Source: an uncultured Eubacteriales bacterium
Lineage (GTDB): Bacteria > Bacillota > Clostridia > TANB77 > RGIG9151
Assembly (NCBI GenBank): GCA_964631135.1
Contig: CAZVVZ010000002.1
Coordinates: forward strand, 3,333 to 35,332
Direction of reading: 5' to 3'
Length of the DNA stretch: 32,000 nt
The position numbers and the translations under genes are program-made. Shown in pieces: positions 7,191-15,377 of the stretch (position 1 is the first letter of the stretch; the number at the start of each line of letters is the position of its first letter). Under the pieces are notes generated by a model. It had not been told where the DNA came from, searched no databases, and worked only from the letters and a program-made list of their open reading frames with translations.

Positions 7191-10163
7191 TTATGCTTTA
7201 ATTTCTTCCATAGCATATCCTTCAATAACATCTCCCACCTTAATGTCGTTATACTTTTCCAGTCCAATACCACACTCATATCCTTCATTAACTTCTTTTG
7301 CATCATCTTTTTCTCTCTTAAGAGAAGAAATCTTACCTTCAAACACAACGATGCCCTCTCGTACTAATCTTACATCAGAATTTCTTAGAATCTTGCCATC
7401 AGTAACATAAGAACCTGCAATAGTTCCGACACTGGAAATTTTAAATATCTGTCTTACCTCAGCATGACCGGTTATAACTTCCTTAAACTTAGGTGCAAGC
7501 ATTCCTTTCATTGCAGCGGTAATATCCTCAATAGCATTGTATATTATACTATATAATCTAATGTCTACACCTTCTCGTTCTGCAACAGCTTTAGCTGTAA
7601 CTTCAGGTCTTACATTAAATCCGATTATAATTGCATTGGATACCTGAGATAACATTACATCAGATTCAGTAATAGCACCAACAGCACCATGAATAACCTT
7701 AACTTTCACTTCTTCGTTAGAAAGCTTTTCTAAACTCTGTTTTACGGCTTCAACTGACCCTTGAACATCTGCTTTTATAATAAGATTTAGCTCTTTTACT
7801 TCACCTGTTGAAATCTTGTCAAACAAATCGTCTAATGTTACTCTTGAGCTTGCTCTTAATGTATCCTCTCTCTTCTTCAGTTTTCTCTTTTCAACCAACT
7901 GTTTTGCAAGTTTTTCATCTTGAACCACATAGAAAATGTCACCGGATTCAGGCACTTCAGGTAAACCTGTAATCTCAACAGGAATTGAAGGACCTGCTTT
8001 CTTTATTCTTCTGCCTCTTGAATCTGTCATCGCACGAATATGTCCAACAACATTACCGGCAACAACAGTATCTCCCACGTTTACAGTACCACGTTGAACA
8101 AGCAAAGTCGCAATAGGACCTTTACCTTTATCAAGTTTAGCCTCAATAATAGTCCCCTTAGCTTGACGGTTAGGATCTGCCTTTAATTCAAGCACATCAG
8201 CAACTAAAGTAACAGTTTCCAGCAATTCAGTTATGCCTATTCTCTTTTTCGCGGAAACAGGAACACAAATTGCATCTCCGCCCCATTCTTCAGGCACAAC
8301 CCCATAATTCATAAGTTCTTGTTTTATTTTTTCCGGGTTTGCAGCTTCCTTATCTATCTTATTTATAGCAACAATTATTGAAACCCCTGCAGCCTTAGCA
8401 TGGTTTATAGCTTCAATAGTCTGCGGCATAATACCGTCATCTGCTGCAACAACTAATATTGCGATATCCGTAACCTGAGCACCTCTTGCACGCATTGAAG
8501 TAAATGCTTCATGTCCCGGTGTATCTAAGAATGTAATATCTTTTCCATTGATATTTACAGTAGATGCACCTATATGCTGTGTAATTCCGCCGGCCTCAGT
8601 ATCAATAACGTGGCTTTCACGAATAGCATCAAGTAAAGATGTTTTGCCGTGGTCAACATGCCCCATAACAACTACTATCGGCGGCCTTGGCTGTAAATTC
8701 TCTTGAATGTCCGGAGCATCATCAAACAATATATCTTCTGCTTTAACAACTACTTCTTTCTCAATCTTTATTCCATATTCATCCGCCATTATAGCCGCTG
8801 TATCATAATCAATTTCGTGATTAACTGTTGCCATAACTCCGTAAGTCAAAAGCTTTTTAATAACATCAGCTGATGTTTTCTTCAACTTCTCCGCTAATTC
8901 TTTTACTGTTATGCTCTCGCCAACAGTAATACTAAACGGCAACTGCTTTGGCTGTTCAAAATGCCTTGGTTCTTCTTTCTTCTTTTTACCGCCACTCTTG
9001 TTTCTTCTATCTAAATCATAATAATTCATCAATACTGAATCATCGTTATTTAATAGTTCATTTACAGAATGGCCTGCTCTTAGTTCTTTTAAATGCTCTT
9101 TATTAAAATCTCCAATATGTGCATTGCTCTTAGGCCCTTTTGTCGGTCTTCTTTCCTGATTGTCATTATTCTGAGGCTTTTGTCTAAATTGCCTACCTGG
9201 CTCTTTGGTAACGTTTTCAACAACCGGTGAATCTTTAAAAGCTTGTTTTAATTGGCTTTCCATACCGCCTTGTTGAGATCTGTTATTTTGTCTGTTAAAT
9301 TGAGGCTTATTTCCTTGAAATTTATTATTACCATTATTACTTTTTTTATTTTGCCAGTTCCCTTGAGGGCGATTGCTGTTTGCTCCCTGTCGATTATTAA
9401 ACTGACTATTATTTGGGCTTTTTGATTGATTATTTCTATTATTTTGTTGGTTATTATTTCTATTATTTTGTGAAAAAGAGGCTTTTTCGTTTTTAGCTTC
9501 CGTCACTAATTTTTTCACCTCGGTTTTAGGCTTCTCTTCTTTTATTTCTTCAGTTTTGCTTACTTCATCAGCCTTTGGTTTTTCTTCCGCAGTCTTCTCT
9601 TCTGCAGTTTTTTCTTCTACAATTTCTTCCTTTATAGGCTTTTCATCTACCTTAGCTGGTACTTCAACAGTCGTCTTTTTTTCAGGTTCCTCTAATTTTT
9701 CTACCTTTTCCGGCTCTTCCTTAGGAGCGGTCTTAGGCTTAAATAAGTCCATTATGCTTGGAATTGGGGTATTTTTCTTTTCGATTTGAGCTTCGCTTCT
9801 TCTAAACTGTTCAGGATTAGCAGTTTTTCTAGGTTTCAAATCATAATCAAAATTAGAATGGGTCTCTTTCTTCTCCTCAGTAATATCCTCTCTAACTTGA
9901 ATAATCTCTCTTCTAATTATTCTTGGCTCATCTTTTTTCTTCTCATTTTTTTTGGTTTGTTGATTTTTTGACATTTGTTTACTATCACTTCCGCCTTTGG
10001 TCTTAGCCTCGTTTAGTTTTTCTTTGATTTTCTTTAAATCCTCATCTTCTATTACATTAAGATGGCTCTTTACTTCAATTCCCCATTCTTGAAGTTTCAT
10101 TAAAAAATCCTTATTACTCATTCCTACTTTTCTTGCTATTTCATAAACCTTAACTTTACCCAA
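7191..10163 (-). CDS. infB: translation initiation factor IF-2 (990 aa, expanded low-complexity N-terminus)
   Basis: G-domain motifs [22 protein letters not shown] and NKID, with conserved C-terminal domains. The start is TTG at 10163 with GGAGG 8 nt upstream, and it overlaps the ylxQ stop by 8 nt. Confidence 0.95.
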   Translation of the reverse strand: MGKVKVYEIARKVGMSNKDFLMKLQEWGIEVKSHLNVIEDEDLKKIKEKLNEAKTKGGSDSKQMSKNQQTKKNEKKKDEPRIIRREIIQVREDITEEKKETHSNFDYDLKPRKTANPEQFRRSEAQIEKKNTPIPSIMDLFKPKTAPKEEPEKVEKLEEPEKKTTVEVPAKVDEKPIKEEIVEEKTAEEKTAEEKPKADEVSKTEEIKEEKPKTEVKKLVTEAKNEKASFSQNNRNNNQQNNRNNQSKSPNNSQFNNRQGANSNRPQGNWQNKKSNNGNNKFQGNKPQFNRQNNRSQQGGMESQLKQAFKDSPVVENVTKEPGRQFRQKPQNNDNQERRPTKGPKSNAHIGDFNKEHLKELRAGHSVNELLNNDDSVLMNYYDLDRRNKSGGKKKKEEPRHFEQPKQLPFSITVGESITVKELAEKLKKTSADVIKKLLTYGVMATVNHEIDYDTAAIMADEYGIKIEKEVVVKAEDILFDDAPDIQENLQPRPPIVVVMGHVDHGKTSLLDAIRESHVIDTEAGGITQHIGASTVNINGKDITFLDTPGHEAFTSMRARGAQVTDIAILVVAADDGIMPQTIEAINHAKAAGVSIIVAINKIDKEAANPEKIKQELMNYGVVPEEWGGDAICVPVSAKKRIGITELLETVTLVADVLELKADPNRQAKGTIIEAKLDKGKGPIATLLVQRGTVNVGDTVVAGNVVGHIRAMTDSRGRRIKKAGPSIPVEITGLPEVPESGDIFYVVQDEKLAKQLVEKRKLKKREDTLRASSRVTLDDLFDKISTGEVKELNLIIKADVQGSVEAVKQSLEKLSNEEVKVKVIHGAVGAITESDVMLSQVSNAIIIGFNVRPEVTAKAVAEREGVDIRLYSIIYNAIEDITAAMKGMLAPKFKEVITGHAEVRQIFKISSVGTIAGSYVTDGKILRNSDVRLVREGIVVFEGKISSLKREKDDAKEVNEGYECGIGLEKYNDIKVGDVIEGYAMEEIKA

Positions 10164-10488
10164 TTACTGCACCTCCATTATTTTTTTCCAAGCCTTCTAT
10201 TAACTGTTCTAATTTATTAGAAAACCCTACCTCGCAAACAGAATATATAACTTTATTTTTTTCTCCCGTCGCTCGCTCAAAATCTTCTTCACGACCCAAA
10301 ATATAAAATTTGATACCATTTTCATCACACAATCGTTTGAATTTTTCTTTGACACTATTTCCTGCATCTTCATTAACTATAACAAGTTCTGCTTCTAATG
10401 ATAATATAGTCCTTAAAACCGCATTTGAACCGGCAACAAGCTTACCGGCTTTTTTAGCAAAGCCTAGTAACGACAATATTCTATCCAT
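10156..10488 (-). CDS. ylxQ: L7Ae-family RNA-binding protein (YlxQ)
   Basis: 110 aa beginning [21 protein letters not shown], in the conserved slot between ylxR and infB. Confidence 0.8.
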   Translation of the reverse strand: MDRILSLLGFAKKAGKLVAGSNAVLRTILSLEAELVIVNEDAGNSVKEKFKRLCDENGIKFYILGREEDFERATGEKNKVIYSVCEVGFSNKLEQLIEGLEKNNGGAVIG

Positions 10489-10500
10489 ACAAACTCCTTT

Positions 10501-10773
10501 TTACTCTTTACTGTCAGCCTCAATTTCTTCTCTTAATCGCTCATACACTTCATTTTCTATCGGCATTTCAAAAGCCCTTGATAATCGTTTTGTTTTAATT
10601 GCTTTTTCTAAACAAGAAATATTAGGACATATATATGCGCCTCTGCCATTTTTCTTGCCCGTAAAATCAATCGATACTTCACCTTCAGCAGTTTTTACAA
10701 CTCGTATCAATTCCTTCTTTGGCTTTCCTTCATTACACCCGATACACGTTCTTATTGGAATTTTTTTCACCAA
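10501..10773 (-). CDS. ylxR: YlxR/RnpM family (DUF448) RNA-binding protein
   Basis: 90 aa containing PIRTCIGCNEGKPKKELIRVV...GRGAYIC, directly downstream of nusA. Confidence 0.85.
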   Translation of the reverse strand: MVKKIPIRTCIGCNEGKPKKELIRVVKTAEGEVSIDFTGKKNGRGAYICPNISCLEKAIKTKRLSRAFEMPIENEVYERLREEIEADSKE

Positions 10774-10788
10774 AGCTCAAACCCCCAA

Positions 10789-11841
10789 TTATATTTCTAA
10801 AATTTCATTTTTTATCTGAGTTTCACTCTTAATATCTATCTTAAATCCAGTAAGTCTTGCAGCAAGTCGAACATTCTGGCCTTCTTTTCCTATTGCTAAA
10901 GATAACTGATTATCCGGCACAACAACCTTGGCCGTTTTTTCCTCTTCATTTACATCTACCGCTAAAACTTCTGCAGGATTTAATGCACTGGCAATATATT
11001 GTGCCGGAACAGGGCTCCATTCAATAATGTCAATTTTTTCGCCATGTAACTCATTTATAATATTTTGAACTCTTGTTCCTTTAGGCCCTACACAAGATCC
11101 AACCGGGTCAATGTTTTCCATCTTAGTCATAACAGCCATTTTAGTTCTAGAACCGGCTTCTCTTGAAACAGAAACAATTTCAATAATTCCTTCATATATT
11201 TCAGGCACTTCTAATTCAAACAATCTTTTTACTAAACCCGGGTGAGTTCTTGAAATGAATACCTGAGGCCCTTTCAAGCTTTTTTCAACTTTCGTTATAT
11301 ATGCCTTTACTCTGTCTCCGACTTTAAATGTTTCCCCTGGGATTAACTCCTGAGTCAAAATAAGTGCCTCGGTTTTGCCTATATTTACAACCAACCCTCT
11401 TTTGTCCTGAGTTGTTATTAGTCCATTTACTATATCCCCGTCTTTCCCTATATACTGATTAAAAGTAGCTTCACGTTCTGCCTCTCTAATTCTCTGAACA
11501 ACAACCTGCTTTGCGGTTTGTGCAGCAATTCTTCCAAAATTCTTAGGTGTAACCTCGTTTTCAACAATATCTCCTACATTATATTTCTTACTTATTTCTC
11601 TTGCATCTTCTAAAGAAATCTGTAAATCTGAGTTTTCTACTTCTTCCACTACCGTACGTTGTGCATAAACATGAATATCTCCACTCTCTCGGTCCATGGC
11701 CACTCTCACATTCTCATTTGAATCAAAATTCTTTTTAAATGCCGTAATCAATGCAACTTCAATCGCATCAAACAAAATTTCCGCACTTATCCCCTTTTCT
11801 TTTTCTAAATCATCAATTGCACTAATAAAATCTGAATTCAT
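10789..11841 (-). CDS. nusA: transcription termination/antitermination factor NusA
   Basis: 350 aa with an N-terminal domain, an S1 domain and two KH domains (GPKGTRVQNI, GKEGQNVRLA). It sits in the rimP-nusA context. Confidence 0.95.
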   Translation of the reverse strand: MNSDFISAIDDLEKEKGISAEILFDAIEVALITAFKKNFDSNENVRVAMDRESGDIHVYAQRTVVEEVENSDLQISLEDAREISKKYNVGDIVENEVTPKNFGRIAAQTAKQVVVQRIREAEREATFNQYIGKDGDIVNGLITTQDKRGLVVNIGKTEALILTQELIPGETFKVGDRVKAYITKVEKSLKGPQVFISRTHPGLVKRLFELEVPEIYEGIIEIVSVSREAGSRTKMAVMTKMENIDPVGSCVGPKGTRVQNIINELHGEKIDIIEWSPVPAQYIASALNPAEVLAVDVNEEEKTAKVVVPDNQLSLAIGKEGQNVRLAARLTGFKIDIKSETQIKNEILEI

Positions 11842-11856
11842 TTTCCTTTTTCCCCC

Positions 11857-12300
11857 TTAAAAATTATACACAGTTTTTACAACTGAAATGTCTTTTCTAT
11901 CTATACTAAAGTTATTTATCTGTAATTTCTCTTCATCAAAGTCCTGTAAAATGCCCTTTATTTTCTTTTCCCCATTTACCGGCTTAAATAAAGATACCTC
12001 AACTTCCGTATTTAAATATCTTTTAAAATGTTCTTCTCTTCTTAACGTTCTTTCTATCCCCGGCGAAGAAACTTCTAAAGAATATGCAGTTTTAATAGGA
12101 TTTAGTTCATCTATTAACTCATCTATAGCTCTACTTACTGTTTCACAATCTTCAATAGATATACCTTCTTCTTTGTCTATGTATATCCTAAGATACCAGT
12201 TTGCTCCTTCTTTTACATATTCAACGTCGTAAATATCATACCCCAATTCATTTACTTTAGGTTCAATATAATTCCATACTGCTTCTTCTACTTTCGCCAT
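11857..12300 (-). CDS. rimP: ribosome maturation factor RimP
   Basis: 147 aa containing YLRIYIDKEEGISIEDCETVSRAIDELID and LEVSSPGIERTL. It is the first gene of the nusA operon. Confidence 0.9.
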   Translation of the reverse strand: MAKVEEAVWNYIEPKVNELGYDIYDVEYVKEGANWYLRIYIDKEEGISIEDCETVSRAIDELIDELNPIKTAYSLEVSSPGIERTLRREEHFKRYLNTEVEVSLFKPVNGEKKIKGILQDFDEEKLQINNFSIDRKDISVVKTVYNF

Positions 12301-12321
12301 AATTACCTCCTCATTACAAAC

Positions 12322-12347
12322 GAAAGAGTGGGAAAACCCACTCTTTC
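12322..12347 (-). promoter_or_regulatory. leader hairpin / candidate attenuator upstream of rimP-nusA
   Basis: The minus-strand RNA reads GAAAGAGUGGG-UUUU-CCCACUCUUUC (an 11-bp GC-containing stem) followed by GUUUGUAAUG, an interrupted U-tract, and then the GGAGG RBS of rimP. It lies downstream of the predicted promoter at 12373..12401. Confidence 0.5.
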
Positions 12348-12372
12348 AGCAACGTCTATATCAAGCATTATC

Positions 12373-12401
12373 AATATACCACATCTTGCCACAAAATGCA
12401 A
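12373..12401 (-). promoter_or_regulatory. sigma-A promoter (extended -10) for the rimP-nusA-infB operon
   Basis: The minus strand reads TTGCAT (12401..12396), a 17-nt spacer ending in TGTGG, then TATATT (12378..12373). This gives a TGTGgTATATT extended -10. Confidence 0.6.
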
Positions 12402-12429
12402 GTATTTTTTCAGAAAACTGCATTACAGG

Positions 12430-12598
12430 GTTACTGTTCAGACTACCTGCTGCTGGTCAGAGTACATGAAATAAGATATATGTTTTAAAAGGAACGAATA
12501 TTTGCCGAAAGACTTCCCGTATTTTTTTAAAGTCTTTCGTCGCAAATCCTGAGTTCCAATAAAACATATATCTTATTTCATGTACTCTGAACAGTAAC
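12430..12598 (-). mobile_element. intergenic palindromic-element family, copy B (full length, inverted relative to C and E), MITE-like
   Basis: The terminal inverted repeats are GTTACTGTTCAGAC (12430..12443) and CTCTGAACAGTAAC (12585..12598). TTACAGG abuts both ends (12423..12429 and 12599..12605). A perfect 31-bp outer stem pairs 12457..12487 with 12560..12590. Arm Y is at 12482..12515 and arm X, reverse-complemented, is at 12529..12565. Confidence 0.8.
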
Positions 12599-12647
12599 TT
12601 ACAGGTCCCCAGCCAACGGCAGCAACTCATCAAGTCACTGTTGAAAC

Positions 12648-13967
12648 TTACTCGCTTACTTCTACATCAATATATACTATATCCCCTGTATTAAACTTAA
12701 CCTTTATCGATGTATAGCCTGCATTTTTTCCTGTTATCTTTACTTTGCCATTACTTGTTAATGTTGTCTTATCTAACTTTATGTATGAATTATTATATGT
12801 AAGTGTTGCACTTGTCGCATCAAACTCGTCTAAATCAATATATACATATTCATACTCATCTTCCTCAATTTCTACTTCATCATAATTATCTCTGTAATCA
12901 TCATCGTCATCAATTTCTATATCTATATATACCGTATCTCCGGAATCATATTTAATCTTTACTGTTGTATCTCCTTCTTTTTTAGCAGTTATTGTTAAAT
13001 ACCCGTCACTTGTAAATTTAGTTTTAGATACTTTCACATAATTACTGTCATATGTAATTTTCGCTTCATCTGCATCATAATCGTCTAAATCAATATATAC
13101 TTTATGAGTATCCCCTACGTCCATGCTTACTTCTTCTTCATCATCGTCATCATCATCATCAATCTCTATATCTATATATACCGTATCTCCGGAATCATAT
13201 TTAATCTTTACTGTTGTATCTCCTTCTTTTTTAGCAGTTATTGTTAAATACCCGTCACTTGTAAATTTAGTTTTAGATACTTTCACATAATTACTGTCAT
13301 ATGTAATTTTCGCTTCATCTGCATCATAATCGTCTAAATCAATATATACTTTATATGTATCTCCGGTTTCCATGCTTACTTCATCTTCATACTCATCATC
13401 GTCTGTAACTTCTACATATAGTTTTTCAACATCACCCGTATTATATGTAATCTTTATCGTTGCCTCTCCTTCTTTTGAGCCTGTTATTTTTAAGTCACCC
13501 GATGAGGTAAATTTTGTTTTACTTACTTTCACATATGAATTTGAACCTGTAACTGTTGCACTTCTTGCACTATATCTTGCTAAGCTTACATAGTAAGTTT
13601 CACTTTCACCTTTTTCTAGTTCAATATCTTCTTCTCTTGTTTCTGTATAATAATTATTGCTACTACTGTTATAACTGCTGTTGTAATTATTATTATAATT
13701 ATTATAATTGTTAATATAAATTGCATTATTATTAAATGTAACTGTAGAACCCAAAGCTGTTCCAAGCTCGTTCAACGGCAAATATGTTCTCCCGTTATAA
13801 TTTAGTACCGGAGAAGTTGAAGCATAATAGCTTCCGTTTAAGTAAATAGGATAAGAACTAAAATACACATCTCCCGTAACCACTGAGGAAGCAATACTAA
13901 CTCCGCATGTTACTATAATTCCGGCTACTACTCCCATAAAAATACTTTTTAAATCAAATTTTTTCAT
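12648..13967 (-). CDS. membrane-anchored surface protein: copper-amine-oxidase-N-like stalk domain plus four Ig-like (Big_2-like) repeats joined by poly-acidic linkers
   Basis: 439 aa with an N-terminal TM helix (IFMGVVAGIIVTCGVSIASSVV). The segment YLNGSYYASTSPVLNYNGRTYLPLNELGTALGSTVTF resembles Cu_amine_oxidN1. There are four ~80-aa repeats of the form ...YVKVSKTKFTSDGYLTITAKKEGDTTVKIKY..GD..YIDIEI separated by D/E runs. An AAGGAGG RBS is present. Confidence 0.7.
   Translation of the reverse strand: MKKFDLKSIFMGVVAGIIVTCGVSIASSVVTGDVYFSSYPIYLNGSYYASTSPVLNYNGRTYLPLNELGTALGSTVTFNNNAIYINNYNNYNNNYNSSYNSSSNNYYTETREEDIELEKGESETYYVSLARYSARSATVTGSNSYVKVSKTKFTSSGDLKITGSKEGEATIKITYNTGDVEKLYVEVTDDDEYEDEVSMETGDTYKVYIDLDDYDADEAKITYDSNYVKVSKTKFTSDGYLTITAKKEGDTTVKIKYDSGDTVYIDIEIDDDDDDDEEEVSMDVGDTHKVYIDLDDYDADEAKITYDSNYVKVSKTKFTSDGYLTITAKKEGDTTVKIKYDSGDTVYIDIEIDDDDDYRDNYDEVEIEEDEYEYVYIDLDEFDATSATLTYNNSYIKLDKTTLTSNGKVKITGKNAGYTSIKVKFNTGDIVYIDVEVSE
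12917..13354. repeat. in-frame tandem duplication, period 249 bp (83 aa), inside the surface-protein gene
   Basis: By eye, 12917..13105 is identical base for base to 13166..13354 (189 bp). The flanks of each unit have diverged. Confidence 0.9.
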
Positions 13968-14103
13968 CGTTTACCTCCTTAATATAAGACATTAAAACCT
14001 TACTGATTATTTTATAATTAAAATTTTAACATACCTGATACAAAATTTATTATCAGCACTATGCTTATAACTGTAATAAGTTTAATATATCAGTTCCATT
14101 AGA

Positions 14104-14132
14104 AGTATATACTATAACTGGCAAATATGCAA
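14104..14132 (-). promoter_or_regulatory. candidate sigma-A promoter for the surface-protein gene
   Basis: The minus strand reads TTGCAT (14132..14127), a 17-nt spacer, then TATACT (14109..14104). This implies a leader of about 130 nt. Confidence 0.4.
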
Positions 14133-14182
14133 CCGTTTATGCAATTTTTCACAAAAAACTCGTTTATTTTTCACAAACTCTG

Positions 14183-15067
14183 CTATAACTCTCCAAATTC
14201 GTATCCCATTTCACGTGCAGTATCTATTATATCGCCTAAAGCATCTGCATTATCTTTTGAAACAGCATGGAGCAGCATAACTTCTCCCGGATGCAGTGCA
14301 TTCACTACAGTATTATATGCATATTCTTTTCCTTTTTGCTTATCAGTTTCCCAATCTCTATATGCGAAACTCCAAAATACATTTGTATATCCCAAACTTT
14401 TCGTGATAGATAAAGTCCTTTCACTAAATTCTCCCATAGGAGGTCTTAAATATTTCATAGTCTTACCATATTCTTCATAAAATTTTCTGTCTAATTCTAA
14501 TACCTCTTCTTCTACCTTTTCATCACTAAGCGACGGCATGCTAGGATGATGCACTGTATGATTGCCCACTTCATGTCCTTCATCTACCATACGTTTTACA
14601 AGCTCTTTTTCTTTTTCTAAATATGGCCCTGTAATAAAAAATGTAGCTTTTACATTCTTCTCTTTTAAAATATCTAATATTTGACCGGTATAACCGTTTT
14701 CATACCCTTCATCAAAAGTAAGATACACTAGCTTTTCATCTGCCGATTTTAAATAAATCGCATCATATTTATCTGCCGGATCACTAAGATCTTTTCCGAA
14801 AGTTGGCTGTGCATGGTCTTTTCCTTTCATAAAATACCATCCTATAGTTTTATTACTGAGTGATGAAGTATCCTCATTCACCAATAATTCCTGTTCTTCT
14901 TCAGCTTTTTCAACCTCATTATTATCCGCTTTAGTATTTTCTAATTGACTTTGCACAAACTCTTCTTTTTGATTATTTTCCATAGGAAGTTGTTCAATAA
15001 CATCATTTTTATTCCCACACCCTACACATAAAAACAAAATAGTTAAAATTATCAAAACATTTTTCAT
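14183..15067 (-). CDS. pdaA: delta-lactam-biosynthetic de-N-acetylase (spore cortex polysaccharide deacetylase), lipoprotein
   Basis: 294 aa with the lipobox LFLCVGCGN. YLTFDEGYENGYT, FFITGPYL, GNHTVHHP, LRPPMGEFS, VFWSFAYRDWETDKQKG and LLHAVSKDNADAL are colinear with my recollection of B. subtilis PdaA. Confidence 0.85.
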   Translation of the reverse strand: MKNVLIILTILFLCVGCGNKNDVIEQLPMENNQKEEFVQSQLENTKADNNEVEKAEEEQELLVNEDTSSLSNKTIGWYFMKGKDHAQPTFGKDLSDPADKYDAIYLKSADEKLVYLTFDEGYENGYTGQILDILKEKNVKATFFITGPYLEKEKELVKRMVDEGHEVGNHTVHHPSMPSLSDEKVEEEVLELDRKFYEEYGKTMKYLRPPMGEFSERTLSITKSLGYTNVFWSFAYRDWETDKQKGKEYAYNTVVNALHPGEVMLLHAVSKDNADALGDIIDTAREMGYEFGEL

Positions 15068-15202
15068 ATTCTCACCCTACTTATAAATACTATATTTTTA
15101 GTTTGTTCCCTTTTGAAATCATATTCTTATAATTTCTTTTTATGATATACTAACTTTGTGTATTATTTCATTTTGGCTTTTACAAATTTTCGTTGAAGCC
15201 CT

Positions 15203-15355
15203 GTTTGAGCAGAGCTTAGCGGTCAGACTACTGTAAAAAAATAATATATATGTTTTATCAGGACTTAGGATTTGCAACGAAAGACTTTGAAGAATACGAG
15301 AAGCCTTTCTGCAAATATTCATTCCTTTTAGAACATATATATTATTTTTTTACAG
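15203..15355 (+). repeat. intergenic palindromic-element family, copy C (full hairpin)
   Basis: A degenerate left end (GTTTGAGCAGAG-CTTAGCGG-TCAGAC) is followed by a perfect 24-bp outer stem pairing 15231..15254 with 15332..15355. Arm X is at 15252..15288 and arm Y, reverse-complemented, is at 15301..15334. The copy ends 22 nt after the upstream gene's stop codon. Confidence 0.85.
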
Positions 15356-15377
15356 CCCTTTTATTTAGCCAATCTTT

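Noticed and set aside
12430-12598. The palindromic elements as ordinary rho-independent terminators.
   Set aside because: The stems are very long (over 50 bp including bulges) and AT-rich, and no U-tract follows in either orientation. Copy B is inverted relative to C and E although all flanking genes share one orientation.
12917-13354. The 249-bp tandem repeat as a CRISPR or satellite array.
   Set aside because: It lies in frame inside a continuous 439-aa ORF and encodes a repeated Ig-like domain.
15099-15126. A forespore-type (sigma-G-like) promoter upstream of pdaA: GAATA (15126..15122), 16 nt, CAAACTA (15105..15099).
   Set aside because: The spacer is 2 nt shorter than the 18 nt I recall for sigma-G promoters, and the -10 deviates at the T position. 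It is suggestive given PdaA biology, but not supportable from the sequence alone.
15140-15322. 60-aa minus-strand ORF in the pdaA-upstream gap.
   Set aside because: It is read straight through repeat copy C. The equivalent frames are not open or conserved in copies B and E, and there is no RBS.
15197-15359. A 6-nt direct repeat AGCCCT flanking copy C (15197..15202 and 15354..15359) as a target-site duplication.
   Set aside because: The right-hand copy overlaps the last 2 nt of the stem, and copy C has no recognisable right terminal inverted repeat. It could easily be coincidence.
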